From positions 13,384-77,383 of the forward strand of contig JBQCJR010000598.1 in NCBI GenBank assembly GCA_051952595.1: DNA of 64,000 nt, written 5' to 3'. The stretch comes from Kofleriaceae bacterium. Lineage in GTDB: Bacteria; Myxococcota_A; Polyangia; Haliangiales; Haliangiaceae. The notes under the pieces are model-generated. The model did no database searches. It was not told the origin of the DNA and worked only from the letters and a program-made list of their open reading frames with translations. Of this stretch, positions 17,441 through 25,272 are shown in pieces. How positions within the stretch are numbered: the first letter of the stretch is position 1; each line of letters begins with the position of its first letter. The position numbers and the translations under genes are program-made.

Positions 17441-18005
17441 CGAAGCGCCCCTCTTCCTTTGCGAGCAGCGCCCGGAGCCGCCGCACCTCCACGATGAGGC
17501 GCTGCATGTCGGTGCGCGCGTGTTCGATGAACCGAGCGTCGGCCTCGCGGATCTGGATGTCGGGCACGCGGTCGCGCGGATGAACCGTCGCACAGGCTAC
17601 ATCGCCGTCTCCACCTGTAACGTCGCTTGAAAGGCGCCGCTGGCTGTTCGAGGTCCACCAGCGCCATGGTCCCGGCGTTGCCGCGCGCTCGCGCGCCTCC
17701 ATGGCGCAGAGGTCCGCATCGTCGATCGGCGTCGGTTCCAGGACGGGGTCCATGCGCCGCGCCGCGGCCAGCGCGGCCTCCAGATCGAGGATGTCCGCGG
17801 GGCGCTTGGTCTTGTAGATGCCCGCGATGTGCCGCTCCGTCGCGGCGTTCAGGTTCGCCAGCACGCTCCGAAGCTCCGCATTGGCCCGGCGCAGCGCGCT
17901 CGTCACCTGCCGCATCGCCTTCAGGTCCGCCGCGTGCGAGGCCACGGCTTGCTGCTCCTGCTCGAGGAGACGTCGCAGTTCGTGGGGAGTGTGCTCGTCG
18001 CTCAC
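17433..18005 (-). CDS. ead/Ea22-like phage protein
   Basis: GTG 18005 forms a GTGA overlap with the upstream stop. N-terminal coiled coil, then a C-terminal PGPWRWW...READARFIEHARTDMQRLIVEV pattern. Confidence 0.55.
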   Translation of the reverse strand: MSDEHTPHELRRLLEQEQQAVASHAADLKAMRQVTSALRRANAELRSVLANLNAATERHIAGIYKTKRPADILDLEAALAAARRMDPVLEPTPIDDADLCAMEARERAATPGPWRWWTSNSQRRLSSDVTGGDGDVACATVHPRDRVPDIQIREADARFIEHARTDMQRLIVEVRRLRALLAKEEGRFDG

Positions 18006-18262
18006 GCCGCACCGCCTTGCGCCAGAGGGACCACCTGTCCGCACAGGCAGGACAGCACGTTTGTGACGACGTGGCTCAGCGCACGCGGCAGGCGCGCGCC
18101 GTCCACCAGTACCTCGACGACGGGCGCGCGTCCACGCGGCCCGGTGAGCATCTCGACCGTGGCTGACACCTGATCCATGGAGCAGCCGAGCTTCGACGCC
18201 ACGCCCGCCTCGACAAGCACCGCGATTGTCTCCAGCGCGTCCCGTTCCTCGCTCGACGTCAT
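18002..18262 (-). CDS. hypothetical protein (86 aa)
   Basis: Track ORF with ATGA overlap at 18262..18259. Confidence 0.6.
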   Translation of the reverse strand: MTSSEERDALETIAVLVEAGVASKLGCSMDQVSATVEMLTGPRGRAPVVEVLVDGARLPRALSHVVTNVLSCLCGQVVPLAQGGAA

Positions 18263-18777
18263 CGCGCCTTCCTCCTCAACGCTTGGATGTTCTTGAGAGC
18301 CACGCCGGCGGCGAGATCGCCTACCGGCAACGCCTTGACCGCCTCCAGTGCCTCGGGCGTCAGCGTGTGCCCTCCCCAGCCGCTGCGGCGCTCGGCACCG
18401 TCCCGGAGTCTGAACTGACGTCCACAGGCATCGACTGCCAGCGTCTCCGTGCGACGAACAATCTCGATCGTGTCTCGCCGTCCGCTTTGCGCGTGCGTGG
18501 CGCTGACCTCCAAGCCGCGCGGGCGACGTTCTTCCGCCACGTCGGCACGAATATTCAGCGCGCGCGCGCCCAGCCTCTGCCTGATTCCCTCAAGGCGCTC
18601 GGCCACATGAGCCAAAAGTCGCTTTCTTTCTTCGTCGTCCTCCGCTGAGAGGAGCAGCTCCGCCACCTCGTTGCGGAGCGGCGCGAGCGCGGGTGGTGGC
18701 CTCATGATGGAGGCCCGGGCAAATGAGGCCACTTTTGCGGCAGCCCCAAACGAGGCCACCACCTCCAGTTCATCCAT
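18259..18777 (-). CDS. hypothetical protein (172 aa)
   Basis: Track ORF trimmed to ATG 18777 (GGAGGAG upstream). It overlaps the exonuclease stop by 8 nt. Confidence 0.6.
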   Translation of the reverse strand: MDELEVVASFGAAAKVASFARASIMRPPPALAPLRNEVAELLLSAEDDEERKRLLAHVAERLEGIRQRLGARALNIRADVAEERRPRGLEVSATHAQSGRRDTIEIVRRTETLAVDACGRQFRLRDGAERRSGWGGHTLTPEALEAVKALPVGDLAAGVALKNIQALRRKAR

Positions 18778-20128
18778 CGCCGGTCTCCTCCTCCGCGCCA
18801 TCTTCGGAGCCATCGTCCGCTGCGGCCGCCTGAAAATAGGCGCTCCACCGTTGCCTGACTTCCTCGGTCAGCCCGTCACGCGCGGCGAGTTCGGCGGTGA
18901 GCTTCATCATCGACGCCTTGATCCCGCGCCTCCGCCCTGCGAGTGCAAGAGCCTTACGGATGCTCTCCACGATCGCCGTGTTCGACGTCCGGAAGGCTTC
19001 GTCCGCGAGTCGTTCTGCCTCCTCGATTGGCACGAAGTCGAGGAGCACCTGGACGAGCGCCTCGTAGGTCGGCCTCGTCCTGTACCGTCGTTCGTTCTGC
19101 TCGCGCGGCCCCCACAGACGCCCATCCGCCAGCGTGATGGGCCCGTGCTCCTCCACGTAGGCGCGCAACACGTGCTTCATGCGTTCCACCAGTCCGGTCA
19201 TCCGCACGAGAATCCCGGCCGCCTTGGACGCCGTGTCCCGATCGAGCGCGCCCGCGAACGACGGCACGCCGTGAACGAGCGCGTGGACCTCCCCAGCCTG
19301 CGCAGGGCAGGCGGCGCGCGCCGGACACCACGCGCAGTGGGGCCCGGTCCGCAGCGAGAGCTTCCCGGATCCATGGCTGGCGTAGATGTCCACCTGCTCG
19401 CGGGCGACGGCTGCCATCCGGCGGATCTGCGCCTCGGCGCGCGCATGGTCCTCGGGGCGAAGCGGGACCGCGCGACCGTTGACATCCTGCGGGGTCTCCC
19501 AGCGTCCGGCCGCGTTCCCGAAGCCGGTGAAGACGATGGCCGGCACCACAAGCTCGGCGCCAGTCCAGCGAGCGATCATCAGCGACCCACCGATCAGCTG
19601 GAGGTTCTGCTCCACGGGCGGCACGTGCTCGTCCCGGCCCCACTTCAGATCCGCGCACCAGGCGACGGTTCCGGGCGGCGCCGCGGCATGCAGAACTCGA
19701 CCGCTGGCATCGCGCTCGACGCGGATGGGCTCGGGCTCGGTCCACACCACGTCGGGCGTGCCGGCGAAGATCGTCCCTTCGGGCACCTCGTAGGCGCCAC
19801 GCCCGCCCTCCACGGGAACGACGGAGCCGTCCTCGAGGAAGGCGAGCGGCTGCTCGCAGATGGCTCCCTTCGGGATCGGCGGATTGAACGCGCGCGCTCG
19901 GCGGCGGAACTCGTCCTCGGCCTCGGGAGAGAGCCCCCAGTGGCGGGCGATGGCCGGGGCCGCTTCCTCGGCGGCATCGCGACCATCGGTGAGCAGGACC
20001 TGCGTGTACTCGTGACCCGCGTTGCCGCCTCCGGCTGCCGCGCTGGCGCTCGCGTACCTGGGAAGCGCCACGGAGCCAGGGCAGATCGCAGCGAGGTTGA
20101 GGCCCGAGAGGGTGAGGAGCGCGCGCAT
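18770..20128 (-). CDS. PD-(D/E)XK exonuclease with Cas4-like Fe-S cysteines (RecT partner)
   Basis: This is the part of track ORF 18770..21019 from ATG 20128, which lies 5 nt after the recT stop. Motifs: WCADLKWGRDEHVPPVEQNLQL (DxK core), an N-terminal Cys (AICPGS), and CAWCPARAAC (CxxCx5C). Confidence 0.75.
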   Translation of the reverse strand: MRALLTLSGLNLAAICPGSVALPRYASASAAAGGGNAGHEYTQVLLTDGRDAAEEAAPAIARHWGLSPEAEDEFRRRARAFNPPIPKGAICEQPLAFLEDGSVVPVEGGRGAYEVPEGTIFAGTPDVVWTEPEPIRVERDASGRVLHAAAPPGTVAWCADLKWGRDEHVPPVEQNLQLIGGSLMIARWTGAELVVPAIVFTGFGNAAGRWETPQDVNGRAVPLRPEDHARAEAQIRRMAAVAREQVDIYASHGSGKLSLRTGPHCAWCPARAACPAQAGEVHALVHGVPSFAGALDRDTASKAAGILVRMTGLVERMKHVLRAYVEEHGPITLADGRLWGPREQNERRYRTRPTYEALVQVLLDFVPIEEAERLADEAFRTSNTAIVESIRKALALAGRRRGIKASMMKLTAELAARDGLTEEVRQRWSAYFQAAAADDGSEDGAEEETGDG

Positions 20129-20133
20129 CGTGG

Positions 20134-21159
20134 TCAGGTCCCCTGAGTGGATGGCGGCGCGTTGATGGGAGCAGACGCGCCTCCGTCGCGTTGGGCCGGC
20201 ACCGCCGCGCGGTCCTGCTCGTCGCCGATATCGCCCAGCATGTCCCGCGCGGTCGGCACGCGCCCGCCCTCCTCGAGTTGGTTGGACGTCGAGACGGTGA
20301 TGATGTCTTTGGACAGCCCCACCGGGTAGGCGCCGTCCTCGTCCTCGAGGAGCGCCTCGTTCAGCATGTAGTCGCGCGGAACCTGCTTCATGCCGCGCTT
20401 GATGGCGCGCACGATCGCCATCATGTCCGGCCACTCGAACCACGGCCCGGTCCCGGCCCTGGACGACATCCGGATGCGGTCGATCTCCTCGAAGGTCAGG
20501 ACCGCGACCTTCGGTTGCGCGGTCGGCTCCTTCAGGTTCTCGATGAGCGCGTACGCGAACCGGATGGAGCGATAGATCTCGTTGTTGTAGTCGAGCTTCG
20601 CCTGGCGGTCGGCGTTGAACTCTCCGGTGAGGTTGGGCGCCTGCGGCATGCGCCCGCGCTCGGCCTTTTTGTGGTGCACGAACCTCTTGCTTCCCAGCGC
20701 GTAGTCGAACTCGTCGCCCGGGAGCACGACCTCGGCCGACACCTCGTAGCCGCTGCGCTTGGCGATGTTGATGAGCCCACCGGGCCCGGGGATCATCTGC
20801 ACCATCCCCTTGTACGGCACGAGGTACGCCTGATCGCCGATCGGCTCGATCCCCATCCGCGCCGCCTCGAGCACCGCTTCCACCAGCGACTCCAGGTTGA
20901 TCGGCGCCGCGGGCTCGCCGCGGCGCTCGTAGCGCTGCGCGTCGAGCTTGCGGAACTGCTGGCACGCGATCGCCGCCAGCCTGTTCACCATGTGCTGCGC
21001 CGCGGCGCGATCCTTCCACTGGAACAGCGCCTCGAACTCCTTGAAGCGGCCCTTATAGAAAATCCGCTTGAGCTTCTCCTCCTCAGACGGGGCCCGCTCC
21101 TGCGGCTGTGCCTGCGTCTGCGGACGGCCTTCCTGGCCGCGTTGCTGCTGACTGCGCAT
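20134..21159 (-). CDS. recT: RecT-family single-strand annealing protein
   Basis: Track ORF trimmed to ATG 21159 (GGAGG 5 nt upstream). RecT-like segments: GIEPIGDQAYLVPYKGMVQMIPGPGGLINIAKRSGY...GPWFEWPDMMAIVRAIKRGMKQVP. Confidence 0.85.
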   Translation of the reverse strand: MRSQQQRGQEGRPQTQAQPQERAPSEEEKLKRIFYKGRFKEFEALFQWKDRAAAQHMVNRLAAIACQQFRKLDAQRYERRGEPAAPINLESLVEAVLEAARMGIEPIGDQAYLVPYKGMVQMIPGPGGLINIAKRSGYEVSAEVVLPGDEFDYALGSKRFVHHKKAERGRMPQAPNLTGEFNADRQAKLDYNNEIYRSIRFAYALIENLKEPTAQPKVAVLTFEEIDRIRMSSRAGTGPWFEWPDMMAIVRAIKRGMKQVPRDYMLNEALLEDEDGAYPVGLSKDIITVSTSNQLEEGGRVPTARDMLGDIGDEQDRAAVPAQRDGGASAPINAPPSTQGT

Positions 21160-21229
21160 CAAACCTCCATGCTGCTCGCGGTTCTGCACCGCGGATGTCG
21201 TTCGCGCGGCGTCACCCGCGGTGAGATGG

Positions 21230-21258
21230 ACCCTACCGGCTCGCCGCCCGTCTGGCAA
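21230..21258 (-). promoter_or_regulatory. Putative leftward promoter TTGCCA-N17-TAGGGT (recT operon)
   Basis: The -35 is at 21258..21253 and the -10 at 21235..21230 on the minus strand, inside the 193-bp divergent intergenic region. Confidence 0.4.
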
Positions 21259-21314
21259 GTCCATACAGAGCACGAGGTTTCACCTTTGGAACCAGATGGA
21301 TAAAACGTGATCCG

Positions 21315-21344
21315 TTGACAAGCCGCGTCTCGTCGGTCCATCGT
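21315..21344 (+). promoter_or_regulatory. Possible rightward promoter (TTGACA with a weak -10) for the repressor gene
   Basis: TTGACA lies at 21315..21320. The best -10 candidates (CCATCG / CATCGT at 21338..21344) are poor. The GTG start at 21353 would make the mRNA nearly leaderless. Confidence 0.3.
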
Positions 21345-21352
21345 CCATCCTC

Positions 21353-21706
21353 GTGGCACCTAAGTCTCAACCGACGCAACGGCGTCCGTACACACGCCGA
21401 CCGCCGCTCCGGCGCATCTCGCTGGGCAGTTACCTGCTCCGGCAGTTGATGAAGCACGACGGACTGACGGTGAAGTCACTGATGGAGCAGACCGGCGTCT
21501 CGAAGGGCACGCTCTCCGAGATGCACTCCGGGCAACGGCTGACCGTCTCCCTCGACACGGCCGCGGCGGTGATGGCGTACGCCAGGATCCCCGCATGGGC
21601 GTGGGCGCAGCGGACGATCAGGCCGATCGCCACACACGCACGACGACACGCGAACTGGCGCAAGCTCCTCGCGAGCAAGCGCGAGGTCGCTCTTTTGACA
21701 CGGTAA
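21353..21706 (+). CDS. XRE-family HTH transcriptional regulator (repressor-like)
   Basis: Track ORF with GTG 21353. HTH segment: LGSYLLRQLMKHDGLTVKSLMEQTGVSKGTLSEMHSGQR. It is the first gene of the rightward block. Confidence 0.75.
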   Translation: MAPKSQPTQRRPYTRRPPLRRISLGSYLLRQLMKHDGLTVKSLMEQTGVSKGTLSEMHSGQRLTVSLDTAAAVMAYARIPAWAWAQRTIRPIATHARRHANWRKLLASKREVALLTR

Positions 21707-21714
21707 GGAGGCAC

Positions 21715-23088
21715 ATGCCCAGACGAACGAGCAAGAAGACCGATGATCCGAGACCGCCGATCGACATCGCGGCGGTGCTGAAGGACCACGTGACCATCGA
21801 GCAGCACATCCTGCGGCTGCTGCGCGACCACCCCGGGATGTACATCTCCGATGTCGAGGACGAGCTGCTCACGTCGCTGGCCGCTGGCACGGAGTTGCCT
21901 ACGGACGACGCCGAGCGGGTTCGCTCCAAGATCCAGGAGCGCTTCCAGCTCCTGCGGGGCGCCTTGGCGCTCGAGGTGGTCGAGGGCCCCGCCGGCGACT
22001 GCGCCTACCTGCCCAGCGCGCAGACCGTGCTCGTGCACCTCTTCCCCAAAGACCTCGTGGCCGAGGGCGAGGTGGAGGACCTCCTCGCCGAGCTGCTGAG
22101 CGCCTGGGTGGTGCGCGGGAACGATCTCCGCGAGGAGGACGCGAAGTTGCTCGAGGAGCGGGGCGCGCTCGCCGTGGTCAGGGCGCGCCTGCCCGGCGCG
22201 TTCCAGGCGGGCCAGCTCGCCACCGTGAACGGCCAGGTCGGCAAGAACAACGCGCGCATCGAGGAGGCCGCCGTCGCCGCGCAGGACGAGCAGGACGCGC
22301 CGCAGGATGGCGGCGCGAGCGAGGGAGCCGCACCGGCGGATGCACCGACCGCCGATCCTGTCGGCGCGATGCTGCTCAAGCTCCTTGACAACAACCCGCG
22401 CGGCTTCGCTGCGGTCGCGGTGCTGCCACTGCTGCCGCTCGTGGACGGCAAGCCGGTGTCGCTCGACGTCGTGGTCCAGCGCCTCGACGCCCTCGCTTCC
22501 GGTGATGCTCCCAGAGCGCGTCGCATCGAGGAGGATGGCGGCGAGGTGCGCTACCAGCCGATCACCGCCCCGGCCCAGGGCACCTGGGCTCAGGCCGTCG
22601 AGGCATGCCAGAAGCAGGCGGCCTCGGAGGTGCACAAGCTCGGCCCCGACCGCGTGCGCTTCAAGCGTCGCCGTCAGGTCACCCATGCCGAGCTCGACGA
22701 GCGCGTCGGCGCGCACCTCGACGCGCTGAAGACGATCGATCGCATCGAGGAGGAGCGGAAGTCCGCGAACAAGTCGTTCAACGAGGCCCGCGAGCAGGCC
22801 GAGGCCCGCGAGCGTGACCTGCGGGCCGAGGTGGAACTCGCGCGCACCGGCACCGTCGAGGTCGAGGTCTGGGCGCGTGCCGAGATCCGCGGGTCCACCG
22901 TGTACCTGTTCGACGCCGAGACGAACGAACTGCTCCAGGAACGCGCCGCCACGCCCGAAGAACTGCAGATGACCCTGCCCGGACACGAGAATGTCGGGAC
23001 GAAGCCGGACGCCGCGGCGGGTGGCAAGAAGGCGAAGAAGAGCGGGCGGAAGAGGGGCGGCGACGCCGACCAGCCGCCCGCCGGGTAA
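21715..23088 (+). CDS. hypothetical protein (457 aa), coiled-coil C-terminal half and basic tail
   Basis: Track ORF trimmed to ATG 21715, with AAGGAGG immediately upstream, 8 nt after the repressor stop. Confidence 0.65.
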   Translation: MPRRTSKKTDDPRPPIDIAAVLKDHVTIEQHILRLLRDHPGMYISDVEDELLTSLAAGTELPTDDAERVRSKIQERFQLLRGALALEVVEGPAGDCAYLPSAQTVLVHLFPKDLVAEGEVEDLLAELLSAWVVRGNDLREEDAKLLEERGALAVVRARLPGAFQAGQLATVNGQVGKNNARIEEAAVAAQDEQDAPQDGGASEGAAPADAPTADPVGAMLLKLLDNNPRGFAAVAVLPLLPLVDGKPVSLDVVVQRLDALASGDAPRARRIEEDGGEVRYQPITAPAQGTWAQAVEACQKQAASEVHKLGPDRVRFKRRRQVTHAELDERVGAHLDALKTIDRIEEERKSANKSFNEAREQAEARERDLRAEVELARTGTVEVEVWARAEIRGSTVYLFDAETNELLQERAATPEELQMTLPGHENVGTKPDAAAGGKKAKKSGRKRGGDADQPPAG

Positions 23089-23290
23089 GAAGTTCTGGAT
23101 CGACGCAGATCCACCAGATGCTCCGGTCGGGGGCTAGGGTGGGCTTTCGACGATCCAGACGGGCAAGCCCGCGTAATCGTGGTGTTTCTTGGCTGCGCCT
23201 CGGAGCGACTCGTTGTGTAGTTGCGCCCGAGGCGCACAGCGTTTCTATGGCGAGGTGGAGGATGACGTCCCAGCGACAGGAGCCGGCCTG

Positions 23291-24508
23291 ATGGCGCGGT
23301 GGATTCCGATGTACCGCGACCTGCTGCGAGGCGCGAAGCGGGGCATCCCGCGCGCTGTCCGGTTCATCTTCCTCGAACTCTGCCACGAGGCTGCAGACGG
23401 CGGCGGCGTGCTGTCGCTCCCGGTGGGGATGAGCGATGTGGATGCGCTGCACGACTTGCTCGGCGGCGACCGCGGGGAGATACAGCAGGCCCTGCGGATC
23501 CTCTTCATTGCACTTCCCGGCGACGATGACGGGCTGCCGATGGCACGCCTGCTCGGCGAGGAGGGCGGGCGCCGCGTCGAGATCGTTCAGTGGCGGCGCT
23601 GGGCTCTCCTCGACGACGCGGCCGGGGACAACACCTCGGCCCGCCCGGCTCCGGACGCACGGCCGTGCGCCTCCTGCGCCAAGCGACGCGCCCGCGACGG
23701 TCGCACGACCTGCGGCAGGTGCTCCACGGCCCGTCGGGGACCGGACGCCACGTCCGCGCCCAACGGCGGCCACGACACCGGCCCCGAGGCGGACACGCCT
23801 GCGGCCACGGGGGCGGCCTCGAGGCCGATCGGCACCGGCCACGGACCGGCCACGGGAGCGGACACGGACCGGCTACAGACCGGACACGGCACCGGCCTCG
23901 AGGCCGGTCACGACCGGCCACAGCACCGGACACGGACCGGACACGGACCGGACACGGTACCGGCCTCGAGGCCGGTCACGACCGGACACGGACTGCGCAC
24001 GGTCACTCCGCGCAACGACCCCCGGAGCCTCTCCGAGATCTCCTGGCCGGAGGAGACGGCCGGTGCTCCGGATGCGGTTTCTGCCGCGGACATTCTTGGC
24101 TGGCTGAGTGCGCAGCCGGCCCTGCGTCTGCTTGTAGCCGATGCGACGGAGGCTGACGCCTTGGCCGAGAACTGGGCGGCCGCCGCGGTGACGGCGGGGG
24201 CGCGCAGGAGCGACGTGCGCGACGCGATCACGTCCTTCGTCGCGAAAGAGGGGCATTCGGCGCGGACGATGAGCCGTGAGCAGCTGGTCCGTCGTCTGGG
24301 CGGCTTCCTGGTCAGGGGCAAGGCGATCGGAGAGCGCTCGCGCGCCGAGGAGGCGGCACGGTCAGGAACAGGCCGCCAGGCCCCGCCCCCGCCGGCGCAC
24401 CGCTGGGAGATGGCGCCCAGCATCGGGGACGTGGTGAGCCCCGAGGAGTGCGCCGAGGCCGAGCGTCAGCTCGTGGAGCTCGAAGCCGCGCGAGGGCGGG
24501 TCGCGTGA
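23291..24508 (+). CDS. replisome-organizer-like replication initiator
   Basis: Track ORF trimmed to ATG 23291 (AGGAG 10 nt upstream). The N-terminus WIPMYRDLLRGAKRGIPRAVRFIFLELCHEAADGGGVLSL resembles a phage replisome organizer N-domain. It sits directly upstream of the DnaC-like and DnaB genes and contains the repeat array. Confidence 0.55.
   Translation: MARWIPMYRDLLRGAKRGIPRAVRFIFLELCHEAADGGGVLSLPVGMSDVDALHDLLGGDRGEIQQALRILFIALPGDDDGLPMARLLGEEGGRRVEIVQWRRWALLDDAAGDNTSARPAPDARPCASCAKRRARDGRTTCGRCSTARRGPDATSAPNGGHDTGPEADTPAATGAASRPIGTGHGPATGADTDRLQTGHGTGLEAGHDRPQHRTRTGHGPDTVPASRPVTTGHGLRTVTPRNDPRSLSEISWPEETAGAPDAVSAADILGWLSAQPALRLLVADATEADALAENWAAAAVTAGARRSDVRDAITSFVAKEGHSARTMSREQLVRRLGGFLVRGKAIGERSRAEEAARSGTGRQAPPPPAHRWEMAPSIGDVVSPEECAEAERQLVELEAARGRVA
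23814..23992. repeat. 11-bp repeat array CCGG(A/C)CAC(G/A)G(N) interspersed with ACCGGCCTCGAGGCCGGT palindromes (candidate origin)
   Basis: About 10 copies of the 11-mer, including exact tandem CCGGACACGGA at 23926 and 23937 (plus 23948 ending in T). A 27-bp exact direct repeat ACCGGCCTCGAGGCCGGTCACGACCGG lies at 23891..23917 and 23959..23985. A partial palindrome lies at 23815..23826. Confidence 0.7.
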
Positions 24509-25272
24509 GGCGCGGGATGGTCTCCCCGGTGCTGTCCGCCGAACTGCCGGCGCGGCGGTACACCTGCGAACGGTGCGGCGCCGAACTCGCCAACAGGCAG
24601 GCGTGGCTCGACTCGGGGCTCTGCGCGGAGTGCATCAAGAAGCGCGCGCTCGAGGAGCGTGCTGCGCGGCATGCGGCGGCGCTGGCCACGGTCCCAGCGG
24701 CCTTCCGCGGCTTGCGGCTCCTGTCTGAAACGCTGCTCGAGCGGCTGCCGGACCGCGCGGTTCACCAGCAGGTCGCCGCCAGGCTCCGCCGGGCCAAGGT
24801 GATGACGGTCTACGGCCCCTCCGGCACGTGCAAGACGAGCCTGGCGGCCGCGGCGTTCAACACGCTGTTCGCCTTCGCGCGCCGAGGGGACTTGGACGCG
24901 CTGAAGCTCGCGCAGAACGCGCTGTTCGTGGAAGCGTGGGCCGTTGGGGAGGCGCGGCGGCGTCACAAGCTCGGCGATGGCGAGGCCCCGCTCATCCAGT
25001 CCGCCATGACGGCGAGTTTCCTCGTCATCGACGACCTTGGCAAGGCGGGCCGCAACGAAGCCTCGCGCAAGGCTGAGGCGGACATCTTACAGGCCAGGTT
25101 CTCGCAGGGCCTGCCCATCATGGTCACGACCGAGTTCACCTCGCGCGAGCAACTGGAGGCCGCCTACACCACCGACACCAGCAACGGCGAGTACATCGCG
25201 CGGCGGCTGCTCGGGAAGAAGGGCGACGACGAACTCCTGCTGGTCCCCCTTGGACTGGGGCGCAGCCGATGA
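24505..25272 (+). CDS. DnaC/IstB-like AAA+ helicase loader with N-terminal Zn ribbon
   Basis: GTG 24505 forms a GTGA overlap with the upstream stop; ATG 24517 is an alternative. Motifs: CERCG...CAEC, Walker A GPSGTCKTS, Walker B FLVIDDLG. Confidence 0.8.
   Translation: MRRGMVSPVLSAELPARRYTCERCGAELANRQAWLDSGLCAECIKKRALEERAARHAAALATVPAAFRGLRLLSETLLERLPDRAVHQQVAARLRRAKVMTVYGPSGTCKTSLAAAAFNTLFAFARRGDLDALKLAQNALFVEAWAVGEARRRHKLGDGEAPLIQSAMTASFLVIDDLGKAGRNEASRKAEADILQARFSQGLPIMVTTEFTSREQLEAAYTTDTSNGEYIARRLLGKKGDDELLLVPLGLGRSR

Noticed and set aside
21430-22986. 518-aa minus-strand track ORF antisense to 21715..23088
   Set aside because: Its composition (G/R/A/L/H-rich, no motifs) is typical of off-frame or antisense translation of GC-rich coding DNA. 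The plus-strand ORF has an AAGGAGG RBS and follows the repressor gene in an operon.
23814-23992. CRISPR array
   Set aside because: The repeats are 11-bp units in direct tandem with no unique spacers, and they lie inside a coding sequence. No cas gene is present. I interpret them as iteron-like repeats instead.
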